IMG/VR virus record: IMGVR_UViG_3300031673_000021
Location: 1 to 64,000 of that record
DNA length: 64,000 nt
Strand: one strand, 5' to 3'
Source: a virus
Shown: in pieces, positions 43,547 through 53,420 of the stretch
Layout: each line of letters starts with the position of its first letter
Position numbering within the stretch: position 1 is the stretch's first letter
The notes under the pieces: generated by a model
The model's database searches: none
What the model was told of the DNA's origin: nothing
Seen by the model: only the letters and a program-made list of their open reading frames with translations
Program-made: the position numbers and the translations under genes

Positions 43547-44295
43547 GCATCAAACACCTTCCCCCACGCTTCCCCAATGTGTGCCTCAACGAGTGGTATC
43601 ATAAAGTTCCAGACGGACTCCGATACCGGATTTCCCTGCTGACCAGGATTCCACCAGGACTCCGCTGGTGACTTGTCCGACACTGTGCGGAATGTCATGT
43701 ACCCGACACCCCGCATTTTGACCATGCCGCTATATCTCGTTGTTTTCCGCACATACCCCGTTGACGAGACATTCAAGGACAGAAGCGACAGGTTTGATGT
43801 GGCTGGAATCTGCCACAGCCCCTGACGTCCTTCACCCCATCGGTAGACATTGCGTGTGACTCCGAGAGAATCCATGTAATGCCCGATGATGGCGGAGGTT
43901 TCAAGTTGGTCAGCCATTGCCTGGATATGTGATGGCATCGAATCGCGGTTATGAGTGAAGGGGATGATGTTGTACCGCGATCCATCCTTCGCTATGCGGT
44001 GTCTTGGACCGTTTAGTAGACCCGGTTTCATATCCCATGGCTTGATACCCTCTTCGATGTTCCCGAGGTCTGGACCGGTGACCGTGAATTCAAACTGACC
44101 CAAGGTCTGATAAGATACAGTCGGCTCATCCAACGTCACAGGACCCGTCATGCCAGGAAATACCGAACCTTGCAAAGCACCCTTTAATGCACCCTTAAAC
44201 GCACCTGCGGCTTCTTCCATTGCGTCACCGATGATGCGGTAGTCGGGTTCGACGGGTGAAACATGAGGCGACCACTCAAAGTTGACGGTAAGCAT
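43519..44295 (-). CDS. neck/head-completion protein (unassigned)
   Basis: 258-aa ORF in the head-tail joining block. Confidence 0.5.
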   Translation of the reverse strand: MLTVNFEWSPHVSPVEPDYRIIGDAMEEAAGAFKGALKGALQGSVFPGMTGPVTLDEPTVSYQTLGQFEFTVTGPDLGNIEEGIKPWDMKPGLLNGPRHRIAKDGSRYNIIPFTHNRDSMPSHIQAMADQLETSAIIGHYMDSLGVTRNVYRWGEGRQGLWQIPATSNLSLLSLNVSSTGYVRKTTRYSGMVKMRGVGYMTFRTVSDKSPAESWWNPGQQGNPVSESVWNFMIPLVEAHIGEAWGKVFDAWLFSPNAR

Positions 44296-44301
44296 CGTTT
44301 C

Positions 44302-45000
44302 TCACGACTCCTGCAATGTTGGCGCATTCGGAAGGATGATGTGACGCTTACGGAGTACGGCGCGTTGCCCCAAGTCCTGTCCAAACGCCAAACGCGGACT
44401 CGGCGGATTAAACGCCACCCACTCAAACTGAGCACCATAGCGGATGGAGTAGACATCTCCGGTTATCGGTGTGTTTCCGACCCACGTGATGGTCTTCCCG
44501 GAGTACGTAAAGTCAGTTGGTGGATTGTACTCCGTCGCTATTCCTGTGTTTGGATCGACTGTCCATGCCGCTTCTGCGACTGCAATGTTGTAATCCGCAT
44601 TGTCCGTAGTACCGGAACCACGCGTTAGAACCTGGCTGTAGGTCGGTACGCCAATCGGCCACGGTAGCATCACCAGATCGTAATCGTCCAAGTGGATGGC
44701 TCCGGGCATTGGGGACAGAACCATATCGCCATATTCCATGAGGCCGTACTGCACCAGATCAAGGTTCTGATCAATGTTTGATACAAGCGCGAGCACAAAC
44801 ACCGGCGCATTAGGATACAGAACACCAAAACCACCACAAGCTGCACAGTTGATGTTGTTTGGGCTCTCCGGTGTATTCCCACACGGACATGAGGCTGACT
44901 TGTAAACGGTGACCTCATAGGCAAAACCACCTTGGTCTTGTGCCTGCCACAACTGGTTATAGAGCCATGGAATGGGTGCGACAATCGGGTTATTCGCCAC
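44302..45000 (-). CDS. virion structural protein (unassigned, Cys-cluster)
   Basis: 232 aa with 'CPCGN...CAACGG'. In the structural block. Confidence 0.5.
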   Translation of the reverse strand: MANNPIVAPIPWLYNQLWQAQDQGGFAYEVTVYKSASCPCGNTPESPNNINCAACGGFGVLYPNAPVFVLALVSNIDQNLDLVQYGLMEYGDMVLSPMPGAIHLDDYDLVMLPWPIGVPTYSQVLTRGSGTTDNADYNIAVAEAAWTVDPNTGIATEYNPPTDFTYSGKTITWVGNTPITGDVYSIRYGAQFEWVAFNPPSPRLAFGQDLGQRAVLRKRHIILPNAPTLQES

Positions 45001-45006
45001 TCCAAC

Positions 45007-45933
45007 TCACCTCCCGAGTTGAGCAAACACAGGTCCGTTATGGGCGGCCCGCCACGATTTAATGTAGTCGGAGGCGCGTGTTTCGAACTTTTCAATCGCT
45101 CGCGAAAACGGTCCATCGGTGCGAAGATTCACACTCTGATCAAATCCGTCCACGTTATGCGTAAACGACTGAACACCCGGATAAAAAGCATTGTTGAATA
45201 CCTCAAGGATCTTGGCTGCTGCAAGGCAGGCAATCGCATCTACCATATCCTCCGGGATCGGATAGATCCCCGCCGTGTATGTGATCTGCGTGAACTGTGG
45301 CACATGATTCATCTGCCCCATCGTGAAGAAGGGAAGCCACATGCCAGCACCAGGACTAGTCACCGCCATGGCACCTTCCACCGGAACAATCTGTACGATC
45401 CCGGCATTAGGTCTGGTTGTGATCCATGGCTGCGGAACCTGCAGAATCCCAAAGTTCGGAGGTAATGCGAACAGGATGTTTGACACGTTGATAACAGGTT
45501 TGTGCTTGACCTTGATTGTCGACCATTTCTCAAACCGTCTCGTCGTGTAGTCATAAGGGACTTCCAGCATGTCGTAATCCTGCCCCGCTATTGCAGGTTG
45601 CCCGGAGACCATCCCGGTCGAATTGCCAGCTGTCGAGAGACTCGTAATGATCTGCGGTGGCTGTCCAACGACACAAGCCAGAATCACACGTGGAACGACG
45701 AACGAGTCAAGTTTTGTTTCGAACTCGCCGACGGCCGCATCAATCTTCTGCTGAGCAATCGTACTGACATCCGTTCCTGTTGCCGTCGCCGTAAGTGGGA
45801 TTCCAGCGAGATAGTTATTTAACACCAAAGTGGAAGTGACCAAAGTCGTAATGGGATTGCCATTGACAAACGTCTGGTCACTTCGGTATGAACTCTGGTA
45901 TGAGGAATAGGGAGGACTCGCGAAGTTCGTCAA
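45007..45933 (-). CDS. virion structural protein (unassigned)
   Basis: 308-aa ORF in the structural block. Confidence 0.5.
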   Translation of the reverse strand: MTNFASPPYSSYQSSYRSDQTFVNGNPITTLVTSTLVLNNYLAGIPLTATATGTDVSTIAQQKIDAAVGEFETKLDSFVVPRVILACVVGQPPQIITSLSTAGNSTGMVSGQPAIAGQDYDMLEVPYDYTTRRFEKWSTIKVKHKPVINVSNILFALPPNFGILQVPQPWITTRPNAGIVQIVPVEGAMAVTSPGAGMWLPFFTMGQMNHVPQFTQITYTAGIYPIPEDMVDAIACLAAAKILEVFNNAFYPGVQSFTHNVDGFDQSVNLRTDGPFSRAIEKFETRASDYIKSWRAAHNGPVFAQLGR

Positions 45934-45945
45934 TCCAATTCCCCC

Positions 45946-46440
45946 TTATCCGAGTCGTTCCAGCCACCCGCTCAGAATGCCGCTGGTAGGAGCTGTCGAA
46001 CACGTTGCTTGTATTCCGACATAGGGCAGGTACTGGCTTGGTGTCGACAGCGCAATGATGCCCGTTTCGGGGTTGCCAGTGCCGCTATAGGCAGAGACGC
46101 TGGTTGCTGTTCCGAACGGATACCAGCTCACACGGTCCCGAGACCACATTGGCTGTAAACTCACTGCCTGGTTGAGTGTCGAAGTAAAGAGCGCCGTCTT
46201 GTAGGGTGCATAGACCTGATCAAACGGTACACCGGTCGGGTTAGCGCCGGACGGTGCAAGGCTCATATGGGCGGTTGTGTCCGTGATGGGAAGGTCCTCA
46301 AAAAGAATAGACTCGCCATACGTGAGCATGACGAGTCGTCCTCCCTGCGAACCACCACCATTGACATCCGGATCGCGTGGAATCCAGTCCCATTGTGCCT
46401 TGGAAACATTATCTACAGGTTTCCCGAAGGATTGACCCAT
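45946..46440 (-). CDS. virion structural protein (unassigned)
   Basis: 164-aa ORF in the structural block. Confidence 0.5.
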   Translation of the reverse strand: MGQSFGKPVDNVSKAQWDWIPRDPDVNGGGSQGGRLVMLTYGESILFEDLPITDTTAHMSLAPSGANPTGVPFDQVYAPYKTALFTSTLNQAVSLQPMWSRDRVSWYPFGTATSVSAYSGTGNPETGIIALSTPSQYLPYVGIQATCSTAPTSGILSGWLERLG

Positions 46441-46453
46441 CCGTCAAACCCCC

Positions 46454-46825
46454 TTAGTTGTTGCCGGGGCCGTTTGTGACGATCTCCCATGCAAACGTGA
46501 GACTCGCGACACTCCCCAGCACGTTAAATGTGGTTGCTGTGGGTGCGTTTGTGGTGTCCAAATACACCACACCATTGGAAGTGGGTGTGATATGAATCTG
46601 GTAATCGGCCGGAATCACACCGAGATTGTGCGTAATGGCCTCCGTGGTGCCGACTGTGGCGTTCGTTGTGCCCGTGCCGGACGTACCAAACAGGTTATCC
46701 GAGTTGACACCGCCTTGCGGTAGTGCCATATCGTTGACGAGATTTCCGTTCACACCTTGCTTGGTAAACGGGTACACGTCCGAAAAGCGTTGTCCGCGAG
46801 TAGGTTGCTGATAATTTTGTGGCAA
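46454..46825 (-). CDS. virion structural/decoration-like protein (unassigned)
   Basis: 123-aa Thr/Asn/Gly-rich beta-type ORF. Confidence 0.5.
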   Translation of the reverse strand: MPQNYQQPTRGQRFSDVYPFTKQGVNGNLVNDMALPQGGVNSDNLFGTSGTGTTNATVGTTEAITHNLGVIPADYQIHITPTSNGVVYLDTTNAPTATTFNVLGSVASLTFAWEIVTNGPGNN

Positions 46826-46836
46826 GATGAATCACC

Positions 46837-47169
46837 TCACTCTGATTTCTTGGCCGTGCGCTTGCGTTTGGGTTTTTCTTCAGATGCTTCCATGGTTTCA
46901 TTACCGGTTGCATCATCCGCCGGCGCATTGTCGGAATCCGATTCTTCATCCGAAGAATCAGGTGGCTCGTCATTGACTTTCGCAGAACTTTCTACCTGTT
47001 CGCTTTCTTTCACATCCTCCACAAGGAAGTGAAAACGGCGAAGCCGATCAAGTTCTGCAGTAGTTAGTTTCGAACCGTCCGCCCATCCGTCTGCACCAAA
47101 CGTGATTTCGTTCTCCAATACCACCAAACGGTCAAGTTTCGCACCGTTTGCAGGTCGAATCCGTACCAT
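46837..47169 (-). CDS. hypothetical protein with acidic disordered tail
   Basis: 110 aa. AAGGAG SD. C-terminal 'DEPPDSSDEESDSDNAPADDATGNE' followed by basic 'KPKRKRTAKK'. Confidence 0.5.
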   Translation of the reverse strand: MVRIRPANGAKLDRLVVLENEITFGADGWADGSKLTTAELDRLRRFHFLVEDVKESEQVESSAKVNDEPPDSSDEESDSDNAPADDATGNETMEASEEKPKRKRTAKKSE

Positions 47170-47185
47170 GTCATCCGCTCCTTAG

Positions 47186-47214
47186 AAAAAGGGCCAGCAC
47201 TCATACGCTGACCC
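47186..47214 (-). terminator. intrinsic terminator just after the major capsid gene
   Basis: On the minus strand: GGGTCAGC-GTATGAGT-GCTGGCCC (one G-U) followed by TTTTT. Confidence 0.6.
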
Positions 47215-47229
47215 TTATTTCGTTATTGA

Positions 47230-48762
47230 TTAGGTTAACTGAACAGGAGCAGTTGACCCCCCGGGAATCTGGATGTTCTTGATCAACACACAACGGCTTG
47301 GCACATAGATGATCGGTGCGCCGATAAGCGCTACTGCGAAGTACCGGGCGAGTGCCGGGATAGGTAGCGGCCATTTGAAGAATGGTAGCAGTTGCTTAAA
47401 CACTGCGCCTTCTTCAGGGTCGTGGTTAATCAAGAACACATCATAGGTCCCTGCAACAGTCGTGTTCTCGTCGGTAAAGCTCTGCGTGGTGCCAGTTCCT
47501 GCATCGACAACCTTCAGCACGGGCAGGTATGCACCGCCGTTCATGCTACGGTAAATCTGGTAATACGATGCTCCGTTCGTGCCCGTTACACGATTCCATG
47601 TCACAGTCACCGACTCACTGGCTCCCACAGTAACGCTGGTCGTCGCTGCAGACAGTTCTGACGGACCATAGCTGTTGACAGCTTCCACCTTGTAGGTCAC
47701 AGGGCCGCCATTGTACCCAACACCATATTGGTTGGCGTTGGCCGGGGTCTCCCACTTCGATGTGGCAATGTTCGGATCCTCAACAGAAGTGGTATTCAGT
47801 GCCGAACCTACACCCGTCGCGATGGACGGCGCGTTCTGGATGGTTGTCGTGACTGGCTGGTCGACATTCAGGAAAATATCGTTCTCAAACGGGATGTGAC
47901 CATAGGTGGAATTGTACCCACCAACGGGCGTACCAACGTTGAGCGAACCTTCCCGCATCAGCGCAACCTGGTCAATACCATAGCGCTGTGCTGGGGCATA
48001 CGTCTTGCTCCAGTAAGACTGAACCACAGGGGCCATGTATGTCTTGTACATACCGGATGTGATGTCGCCAGCATTGTCCTGCACAGCCTGCGCTGCATTT
48101 TCCAGCAGATCCGGTGTGAGCGGGCCTGCTTCGGCGTCAATCACAACGTTCGAGAAACCGTTGTTAGAGGCGAAGTCGGTGATGATCTTCTTCCATCCGT
48201 CAAACTCGGTTGCCATTATGGAGGAATCTCCGTAGTAGATCAGACGGTTTACTCCACCAAGCAGGAACCGGGTCGCGTTGTTGATCTGCAGGGCTTCTGC
48301 GGATCCGCCAACCACTTCCGTGGCCATGATCGCGATGTCCGTGCTGTATGCGGTCGACAGATACTTCATCGGAACCTGCAGACGGCTAAAGGTCGAGTCA
48401 TTGCCAGCCGGGGTGCCCATGGCGGAAGTTGTGACACCACCACGAGTACCATAACTGAGCAGTTGATCATACTCTTCATTCATCGCGTAGGCTTCCTGCT
48501 TCGCAATGTTGCGCCACGCTTTGACGTTCCGCATTTTGAAGGAGACATTTTTGAGCGTGCGAGCCAAGGATTGCGGAATCAGGGAGCTACCATCTCCAGG
48601 GCCACCAGGGGTCGAAGGAGATGCGACAAGAGCTTTTTGCAGACGATCAAACGTCTGATTGGACAAGTTGCCGCCCATGTAGTTCCCGGTCAACAAGCCG
48701 CCATTGTCCATTTGCAGAGATTTAACAAGTTCTGGTGCCATTACGGTCAACGAGGCCACCAC
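47230..48762 (-). CDS. major capsid protein with FN3/Ig-like insertion
   Basis: 510 aa, following the scaffold gene and followed by a terminator. Residues about 353-446 ('VTVTWNRVTGTNGASYYQIYRS') look FN3-like. Confidence 0.7.
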   Translation of the reverse strand: MVASLTVMAPELVKSLQMDNGGLLTGNYMGGNLSNQTFDRLQKALVASPSTPGGPGDGSSLIPQSLARTLKNVSFKMRNVKAWRNIAKQEAYAMNEEYDQLLSYGTRGGVTTSAMGTPAGNDSTFSRLQVPMKYLSTAYSTDIAIMATEVVGGSAEALQINNATRFLLGGVNRLIYYGDSSIMATEFDGWKKIITDFASNNGFSNVVIDAEAGPLTPDLLENAAQAVQDNAGDITSGMYKTYMAPVVQSYWSKTYAPAQRYGIDQVALMREGSLNVGTPVGGYNSTYGHIPFENDIFLNVDQPVTTTIQNAPSIATGVGSALNTTSVEDPNIATSKWETPANANQYGVGYNGGPVTYKVEAVNSYGPSELSAATTSVTVGASESVTVTWNRVTGTNGASYYQIYRSMNGGAYLPVLKVVDAGTGTTQSFTDENTTVAGTYDVFLINHDPEEGAVFKQLLPFFKWPLPIPALARYFAVALIGAPIIYVPSRCVLIKNIQIPGGSTAPVQLT

Positions 48763-48832
48763 CTATTCTTGAATTTGTGGATCAAAAAAAGCGCCCATTA
48801 TGGACGCTTGGGTAAAACTTGTGGGTGAAATG

Positions 48833-49930
48833 TTAGATCAGCTTTTCCTTGTGCAGGAGTTCCTGAGCTGCGTTGCTGGTATTTGTCCAATCGCGGTCAT
48901 TCTCCAGAATCGTCAGGTCGCGCATACTGATGCCTTCAAGACCCTTCTGGAAAGCGTCTTCCACAACATCAAGCGCCTTGGCAAGGTTGAACTCCTGCTG
49001 TACGGCGCGTTGGGAAGTGGATACCGGCATACCGTAGCCCTTACGAATCGGCTGTGCCTGACCCCGTGGAGCCGCGGCTGATTCCATCTGCCCGAAGCCC
49101 GTAAACTGAGCCTGCGCCGCCACGAGAGACTTAGCCATCTGGCGGTTCTCGTTCTTGATCATCTTCTTCAGTTGGCGATTCTCCAGACGAAGGGCGCGAA
49201 CTTCGGCCACAAAATCGTCTTTCATGTCAAATACAGCGTCGGTGAGAGACTTGATGAACTCATTCCCGTCGACGTACTTCATGGCATCAGCTCCCAGTGC
49301 TTTTCTGACCTTGCGACGGCGCGTTTCGGTCTTTTCATCCGCCTTGGAAGACTTGCGGTGACGTTCGTCGCCTTCTTCGTCGTCCTCGTCTTCGTCCTCA
49401 TCAAGGTCGTCGTCGTCGTTGGAGAGATCGGAAAACTCTTCATCCATGTCGCCACGTGCGGGCGCATTGGACTTCTTCACCTTGCGACGTTTGTGACCAC
49501 GAACCGCCACATACTCGTCGTCATCCTCTGGCAGTTCCAGAGACTCCAGGTCTTCTTCGTCAAGGTCGTCGTCATCCCCCAACGGATCGTAAACGTTCGC
49601 GCCGCGATTGTCCTCAAAGTCTTCGTCATCCGGGTCTTCCGACGTGTCGTCGTCATCATTGACGAAGTGTTCCGGAGACTGAGTCGTTGCGTTGGTGTCC
49701 TCCATCCAGTCGTCCAACTGGTCGTCAGACTGTCCAGATTCACGGTCGAACACGGCCATGTAGTCGGTCTTACCAGCACGTTTCCGGCTGGGAGCGTCCT
49801 TTTGGCGCTTCGGCAGTTTGGCACCGCCATTTGGATCGCTCGGTGCCGTGACAACAGACTTTTTAATTTGCGCCTGTACGATCCGGTCGAAATCCGACAG
49901 GGTCGCTGTAGCCTTTACATTTTTCGGCAC
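48833..49930 (-). CDS. scaffolding protein (poly-acidic)
   Basis: GTG 49930 (AAGGAGG upstream). Long D/E tracts and a helical C-terminus, between the protease and capsid genes. Confidence 0.6.
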   Translation of the reverse strand: MPKNVKATATLSDFDRIVQAQIKKSVVTAPSDPNGGAKLPKRQKDAPSRKRAGKTDYMAVFDRESGQSDDQLDDWMEDTNATTQSPEHFVNDDDDTSEDPDDEDFEDNRGANVYDPLGDDDDLDEEDLESLELPEDDDEYVAVRGHKRRKVKKSNAPARGDMDEEFSDLSNDDDDLDEDEDEDDEEGDERHRKSSKADEKTETRRRKVRKALGADAMKYVDGNEFIKSLTDAVFDMKDDFVAEVRALRLENRQLKKMIKNENRQMAKSLVAAQAQFTGFGQMESAAAPRGQAQPIRKGYGMPVSTSQRAVQQEFNLAKALDVVEDAFQKGLEGISMRDLTILENDRDWTNTSNAAQELLHKEKLI

Positions 49931-49934
49931 GGTT

Positions 49935-50930
49935 TTATTCCTCCTTCGTGAGTAGGCCAGAACCTTTGAGCAGAGACAAAATGGCATTTACTTCGGCTCC
50001 GTTCCGGTGTTCACAGCCATAAAAATGACGGGCCGCTGTGCGCAGTCCGCCTTTGACAGTTCCGTCCGCATTAATGTGCGGGCAGTGTGGATTATTGCGT
50101 ATATGCTCACGCAGATGGTCGCGAATGACATCGAGTGGATGCCCTCTTGACCTCTGATGTAGCTGGGTCAGTCTTTTATCCAGGGATTTCATCACAAGTG
50201 GCTCCCGACTGAGTGCATATCTTGCACACCATGTCGCCTGGTTCTCTGGGAGTCCATGAACATCCATGAAATATGCAACGTCCATGTCATGCTTGAAGGT
50301 TCCGACCGGATCGAAGTACGGATTGTTTGATTTCACAATAAGGTTCCCACTGTGAATATCCGTAATATCTGCCGCCCATCGACTTATTGCTATTCGTCGC
50401 GTATCCATCGGACGATATTCCACACTTGCTCCCGCTGCGAGGCTCTTTGCAAAATCCACGAACGTACCCGGATGAACCGGTGTGGGTGTTAGCGCCACAT
50501 TGCGGATAAATGCTTTTAGAATACGCGTCGGATCTTGTGGGTCATATTGCTTCACAACACCCTCGATAGACATTCCATAGCGCCGTGGCCACCCCGCTTC
50601 TTTCAGCGCCTTCATTTGCTCAATGATCTTCTGCATCAGTGGCGTTTTTAGTGCCTTCCACTTGAGCCAGAACCCCTGCGGTGTAATCTTTCCTTCGAGA
50701 GGCACACCGACAATGGTCTCAGGTTGATGATCGTAGTTCACGAACCCACCACTACCTGGCGGGAGCCCTTTGCCGAGTAGATAGTCAATCTCAAGACCGT
50801 TTGGCAGGACTTCTTCACCTTGTAGGTCTCGACCCGACAATGAGGCGATCCCTTCGAAGATCCAATCACCGTTTGCATCCTGTTCGGACTTTACAATCTC
50901 AGCGCCGAAGTGGAATGACTTTTCTACCAA
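49935..50930 (-). CDS. prohead serine protease (S78/HK97-like) with C-terminal extension
   Basis: N-terminal about 175 aa: 'GRDLQGEEV...FVNYDH' (His) and 'YGMSIEGVV' (Ser), as in HK97-type proteases. The C-terminal about 155 aa are unassigned. Confidence 0.55.
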   Translation of the reverse strand: MVEKSFHFGAEIVKSEQDANGDWIFEGIASLSGRDLQGEEVLPNGLEIDYLLGKGLPPGSGGFVNYDHQPETIVGVPLEGKITPQGFWLKWKALKTPLMQKIIEQMKALKEAGWPRRYGMSIEGVVKQYDPQDPTRILKAFIRNVALTPTPVHPGTFVDFAKSLAAGASVEYRPMDTRRIAISRWAADITDIHSGNLIVKSNNPYFDPVGTFKHDMDVAYFMDVHGLPENQATWCARYALSREPLVMKSLDKRLTQLHQRSRGHPLDVIRDHLREHIRNNPHCPHINADGTVKGGLRTAARHFYGCEHRNGAEVNAILSLLKGSGLLTKEE

Positions 50931-51008
50931 CCGTTCTCACCACCCTTCATTGTGAAATGGTCGGATGTCCGCATAAAAATAGCGCCTTGGCTCACTCGCC
51001 TTGGCGCA

Positions 51009-51296
51009 TCATTCGTTGCCCGTGATCCGTGATTTCCGTCGACCTTGAGATACCCGAAGGGCTTTCTCTGGAAGTGTTTCGTCACGTTCATTTTGTCTGT
51101 CATCGTCTGGTTCATCCAGCGACAACCTTGACTGCCTGGTTCGTTCGTCCTTGATTCCAAAGGCCCGCCTCACTGCGGTTGATACGTCGTCATCGTCATC
51201 TGAGGTGTCCTCGTAATATTGGAACATGCGGGCAATAGCTCTGACTTCTTCCTCAGTCGCTTCAAATCGGAATAACTTGATTGCTTTGATTTTCAC
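51009..51296 (-). CDS. hypothetical acidic protein
   Basis: 95-aa ORF between the cargo-like genes and the protease gene. Confidence 0.45.
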   Translation of the reverse strand: MKIKAIKLFRFEATEEEVRAIARMFQYYEDTSDDDDDVSTAVRRAFGIKDERTRQSRLSLDEPDDDRQNERDETLPEKALRVSQGRRKSRITGNE

Positions 51297-51319
51297 GGTT
51301 CATGCATCTCCTTTTTTGT

Positions 51320-53407
51320 TCACTTGGCAATGGGAAATACGATGGTAAAGGACTTTTTCATTTCTGCGTCCTTCAACACAAGGCCAAAGTGTTTCTTGGC
51401 AAAGCGACGAATTCTCGCCTCAACACGTTCTAGGTCTTCCTTGCTGTACTTGGAACGGTCCTCTTTGGTATGAATGTATCTCCATGCTGCAAGTGTGCGT
51501 TCGCGGCTTGGCTTGCCATTCTTCGTGAGTGGGTAACTGTCATGTCTGGGATCAGCAAACACTTCGTCGGCTCCATAACGATCTCGTTTGGAACGTTTGA
51601 CTTCACGCCATTCGGATTTGGTACGCATGGACTTTGACACCTCCTCGCCTCCCGTTACTCGTTGTGCGATTCGCATGGCTTCAGGAGACCTCATTCTTTG
51701 CCATGCGCCTTTTTCACCGTTTGGACCAGCGGCAGTCGGTGACCAATGAAACCCGCGAGATTTAAGTTTTGCACGAGTTTCTGCATCCGGTTTTCCGTCG
51801 AAGAAAATTTGCACACGGTTGTCATCTACATTGTCGTGGATGATGCCGCCGTCAAACTCGTGGGAAGTGGATGTGTCGGAACGCTTACGGCTCAGTTCCT
51901 CAACGCGGGCTTTCATGCGTTTGACGTTGGCGAGGTTGTTTTGGAGCATGTAACTTGGAATACCTATACGACCCATATAGTCTGGTTCCAGCGCTTGACG
52001 AGCCAGCTTTTCACCAATACCGAGCTTCATCATCTCTTCAACTTTTTGGTCGTCCGTCAATTTCTTCTTACGGAAAACAGAGTTAATTTTCTTGTATTTC
52101 TCTTGCATCTTCTCAGCCTCGTCGATTTTGGCTTGGAGTTGTTGCACTGCGTCGTGCTCATCGGCAGAAACGGGACGATTTGGACTATATTGTTTCAATG
52201 TGTGCCCTAAATGCTTCTTTGCATTTTCAACTTTCTCTATTGCGTTTCGTGTGATAGCATCCGCCTTATCTGGTCTTCCGTTGTATTTGGCACGTCCGGT
52301 AACTGTCCACGGCGGTGCAACTTCACGCGAACGAATTTGCTCACGCATAAAATGTTCGTGTGCTCCTGCGAGCCGCTTTAACGCATCTCGCACATCGCTT
52401 GGCATTCCATCTACACCGTAGCGTTTGAGTTGCGCCATTGCGCGTTCACGGTCGGTTTGAACTTGCTCACTGTGTTGTTGGTTGAGTTTGTCTGCTGTGG
52501 TCGGCCAGTGAGTTGTATTGTTGTATCGACTGGCATCCATTTCACTGAATGGACCTGCAATTTTCGGCTTCGGTTGTTCCTGTTTTGATTGGGCTTCCGA
52601 ATCTCGTTTTGCACGTTGCTCATCAAGAAATTTGCGATTCTTTTCTTCTGCCTCTTTTCTCAATCGCTCTCTCTCTTTATCGTGAGTGTCCTTTGGCAAA
52701 AAGCGTGTGCCGGCACGTTTTTCGTCGTGAATCTGATATTCACCCACACGATTAAAACGGCGTCCTCCACCAACTTCCTTCAGATCGTAATAAGGATTCC
52801 CTTCAAAGTGATGTACCTTGTCCACTTCAAATGTTCCAGAATGATTCGCTTGATCCCCTGTATAGTGAATCTGCGTCCCAACCTTGTGTTTTGGCGTTTG
52901 TGGCTCAGGCGCATTCTTGCGGTGTGTATCGGGCACCTTGTCGGCTTCTGTCCATCCGCCAGGAGGTTCATTGTTAAACGGATTTCTGGGTGCTGTCATA
53001 CCTGATGGTGCGCTCGTTTGATGTCCCGGCATCACATGACTGACAGGAACCTTTACATTGGAACCCTTGACATCGACCGTCAATGTATCACCATACACAT
53101 GCTTGACGGTGCCTGAGAGCTTCTTGTTACTTCCCGGCCGTTGATAAGTTACGGTGGACCCAACATGATATGGATGTCCTTCGACAATCTTCCCAATCTT
53201 GTCCACCGAGTTCCCGTGCCAGTGCTTGGGTACATCACCACCGACAATCCGTCCACTTTCGTCGATTAAGATACGCCTATAATCGCTGTGCTCTGTCGTC
53301 TTGCCGTTCTTCTTCCCAACGATTTTCCCTGCCCCGTTTGGATGAATCGTGATCCATCTCGTTCCGGATGCACTGTTGGCCTTCGCCAATTCAAACATTA
53401 CCCTCAC
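51320..53407 (-). CDS. large multidomain protein with DUF3560-like region
   Basis: 695 aa. 'DNRVQIFFDGKPDAETRAKLKSRGFHWSP...GAWQR' and the preceding helical region match my memory of DUF3560. There are N-terminal SH3/KOW-like repeats and a basic C-terminus. Confidence 0.55.
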   Translation of the reverse strand: MRVMFELAKANSASGTRWITIHPNGAGKIVGKKNGKTTEHSDYRRILIDESGRIVGGDVPKHWHGNSVDKIGKIVEGHPYHVGSTVTYQRPGSNKKLSGTVKHVYGDTLTVDVKGSNVKVPVSHVMPGHQTSAPSGMTAPRNPFNNEPPGGWTEADKVPDTHRKNAPEPQTPKHKVGTQIHYTGDQANHSGTFEVDKVHHFEGNPYYDLKEVGGGRRFNRVGEYQIHDEKRAGTRFLPKDTHDKERERLRKEAEEKNRKFLDEQRAKRDSEAQSKQEQPKPKIAGPFSEMDASRYNNTTHWPTTADKLNQQHSEQVQTDRERAMAQLKRYGVDGMPSDVRDALKRLAGAHEHFMREQIRSREVAPPWTVTGRAKYNGRPDKADAITRNAIEKVENAKKHLGHTLKQYSPNRPVSADEHDAVQQLQAKIDEAEKMQEKYKKINSVFRKKKLTDDQKVEEMMKLGIGEKLARQALEPDYMGRIGIPSYMLQNNLANVKRMKARVEELSRKRSDTSTSHEFDGGIIHDNVDDNRVQIFFDGKPDAETRAKLKSRGFHWSPTAAGPNGEKGAWQRMRSPEAMRIAQRVTGGEEVSKSMRTKSEWREVKRSKRDRYGADEVFADPRHDSYPLTKNGKPSRERTLAAWRYIHTKEDRSKYSKEDLERVEARIRRFAKKHFGLVLKDAEMKKSFTIVFPIAK

Positions 53408-53420
53408 GTCGTCACCTCCT

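Noticed and set aside
47728-48828. A 366-aa plus-strand ORF, plus other long ORFs at 49172-49951, 40731-41369, 5593-6132, 9773-10285, 14135-14641 and 31759-32283.
   Set aside because: All lie antisense to, or out of frame within, well-supported genes (capsid, scaffold, sheath, recT/LysM, early genes, cI, baseplate J). They have Arg/Cys/His-rich low-complexity translations and no SD, so they are typical shadow ORFs.
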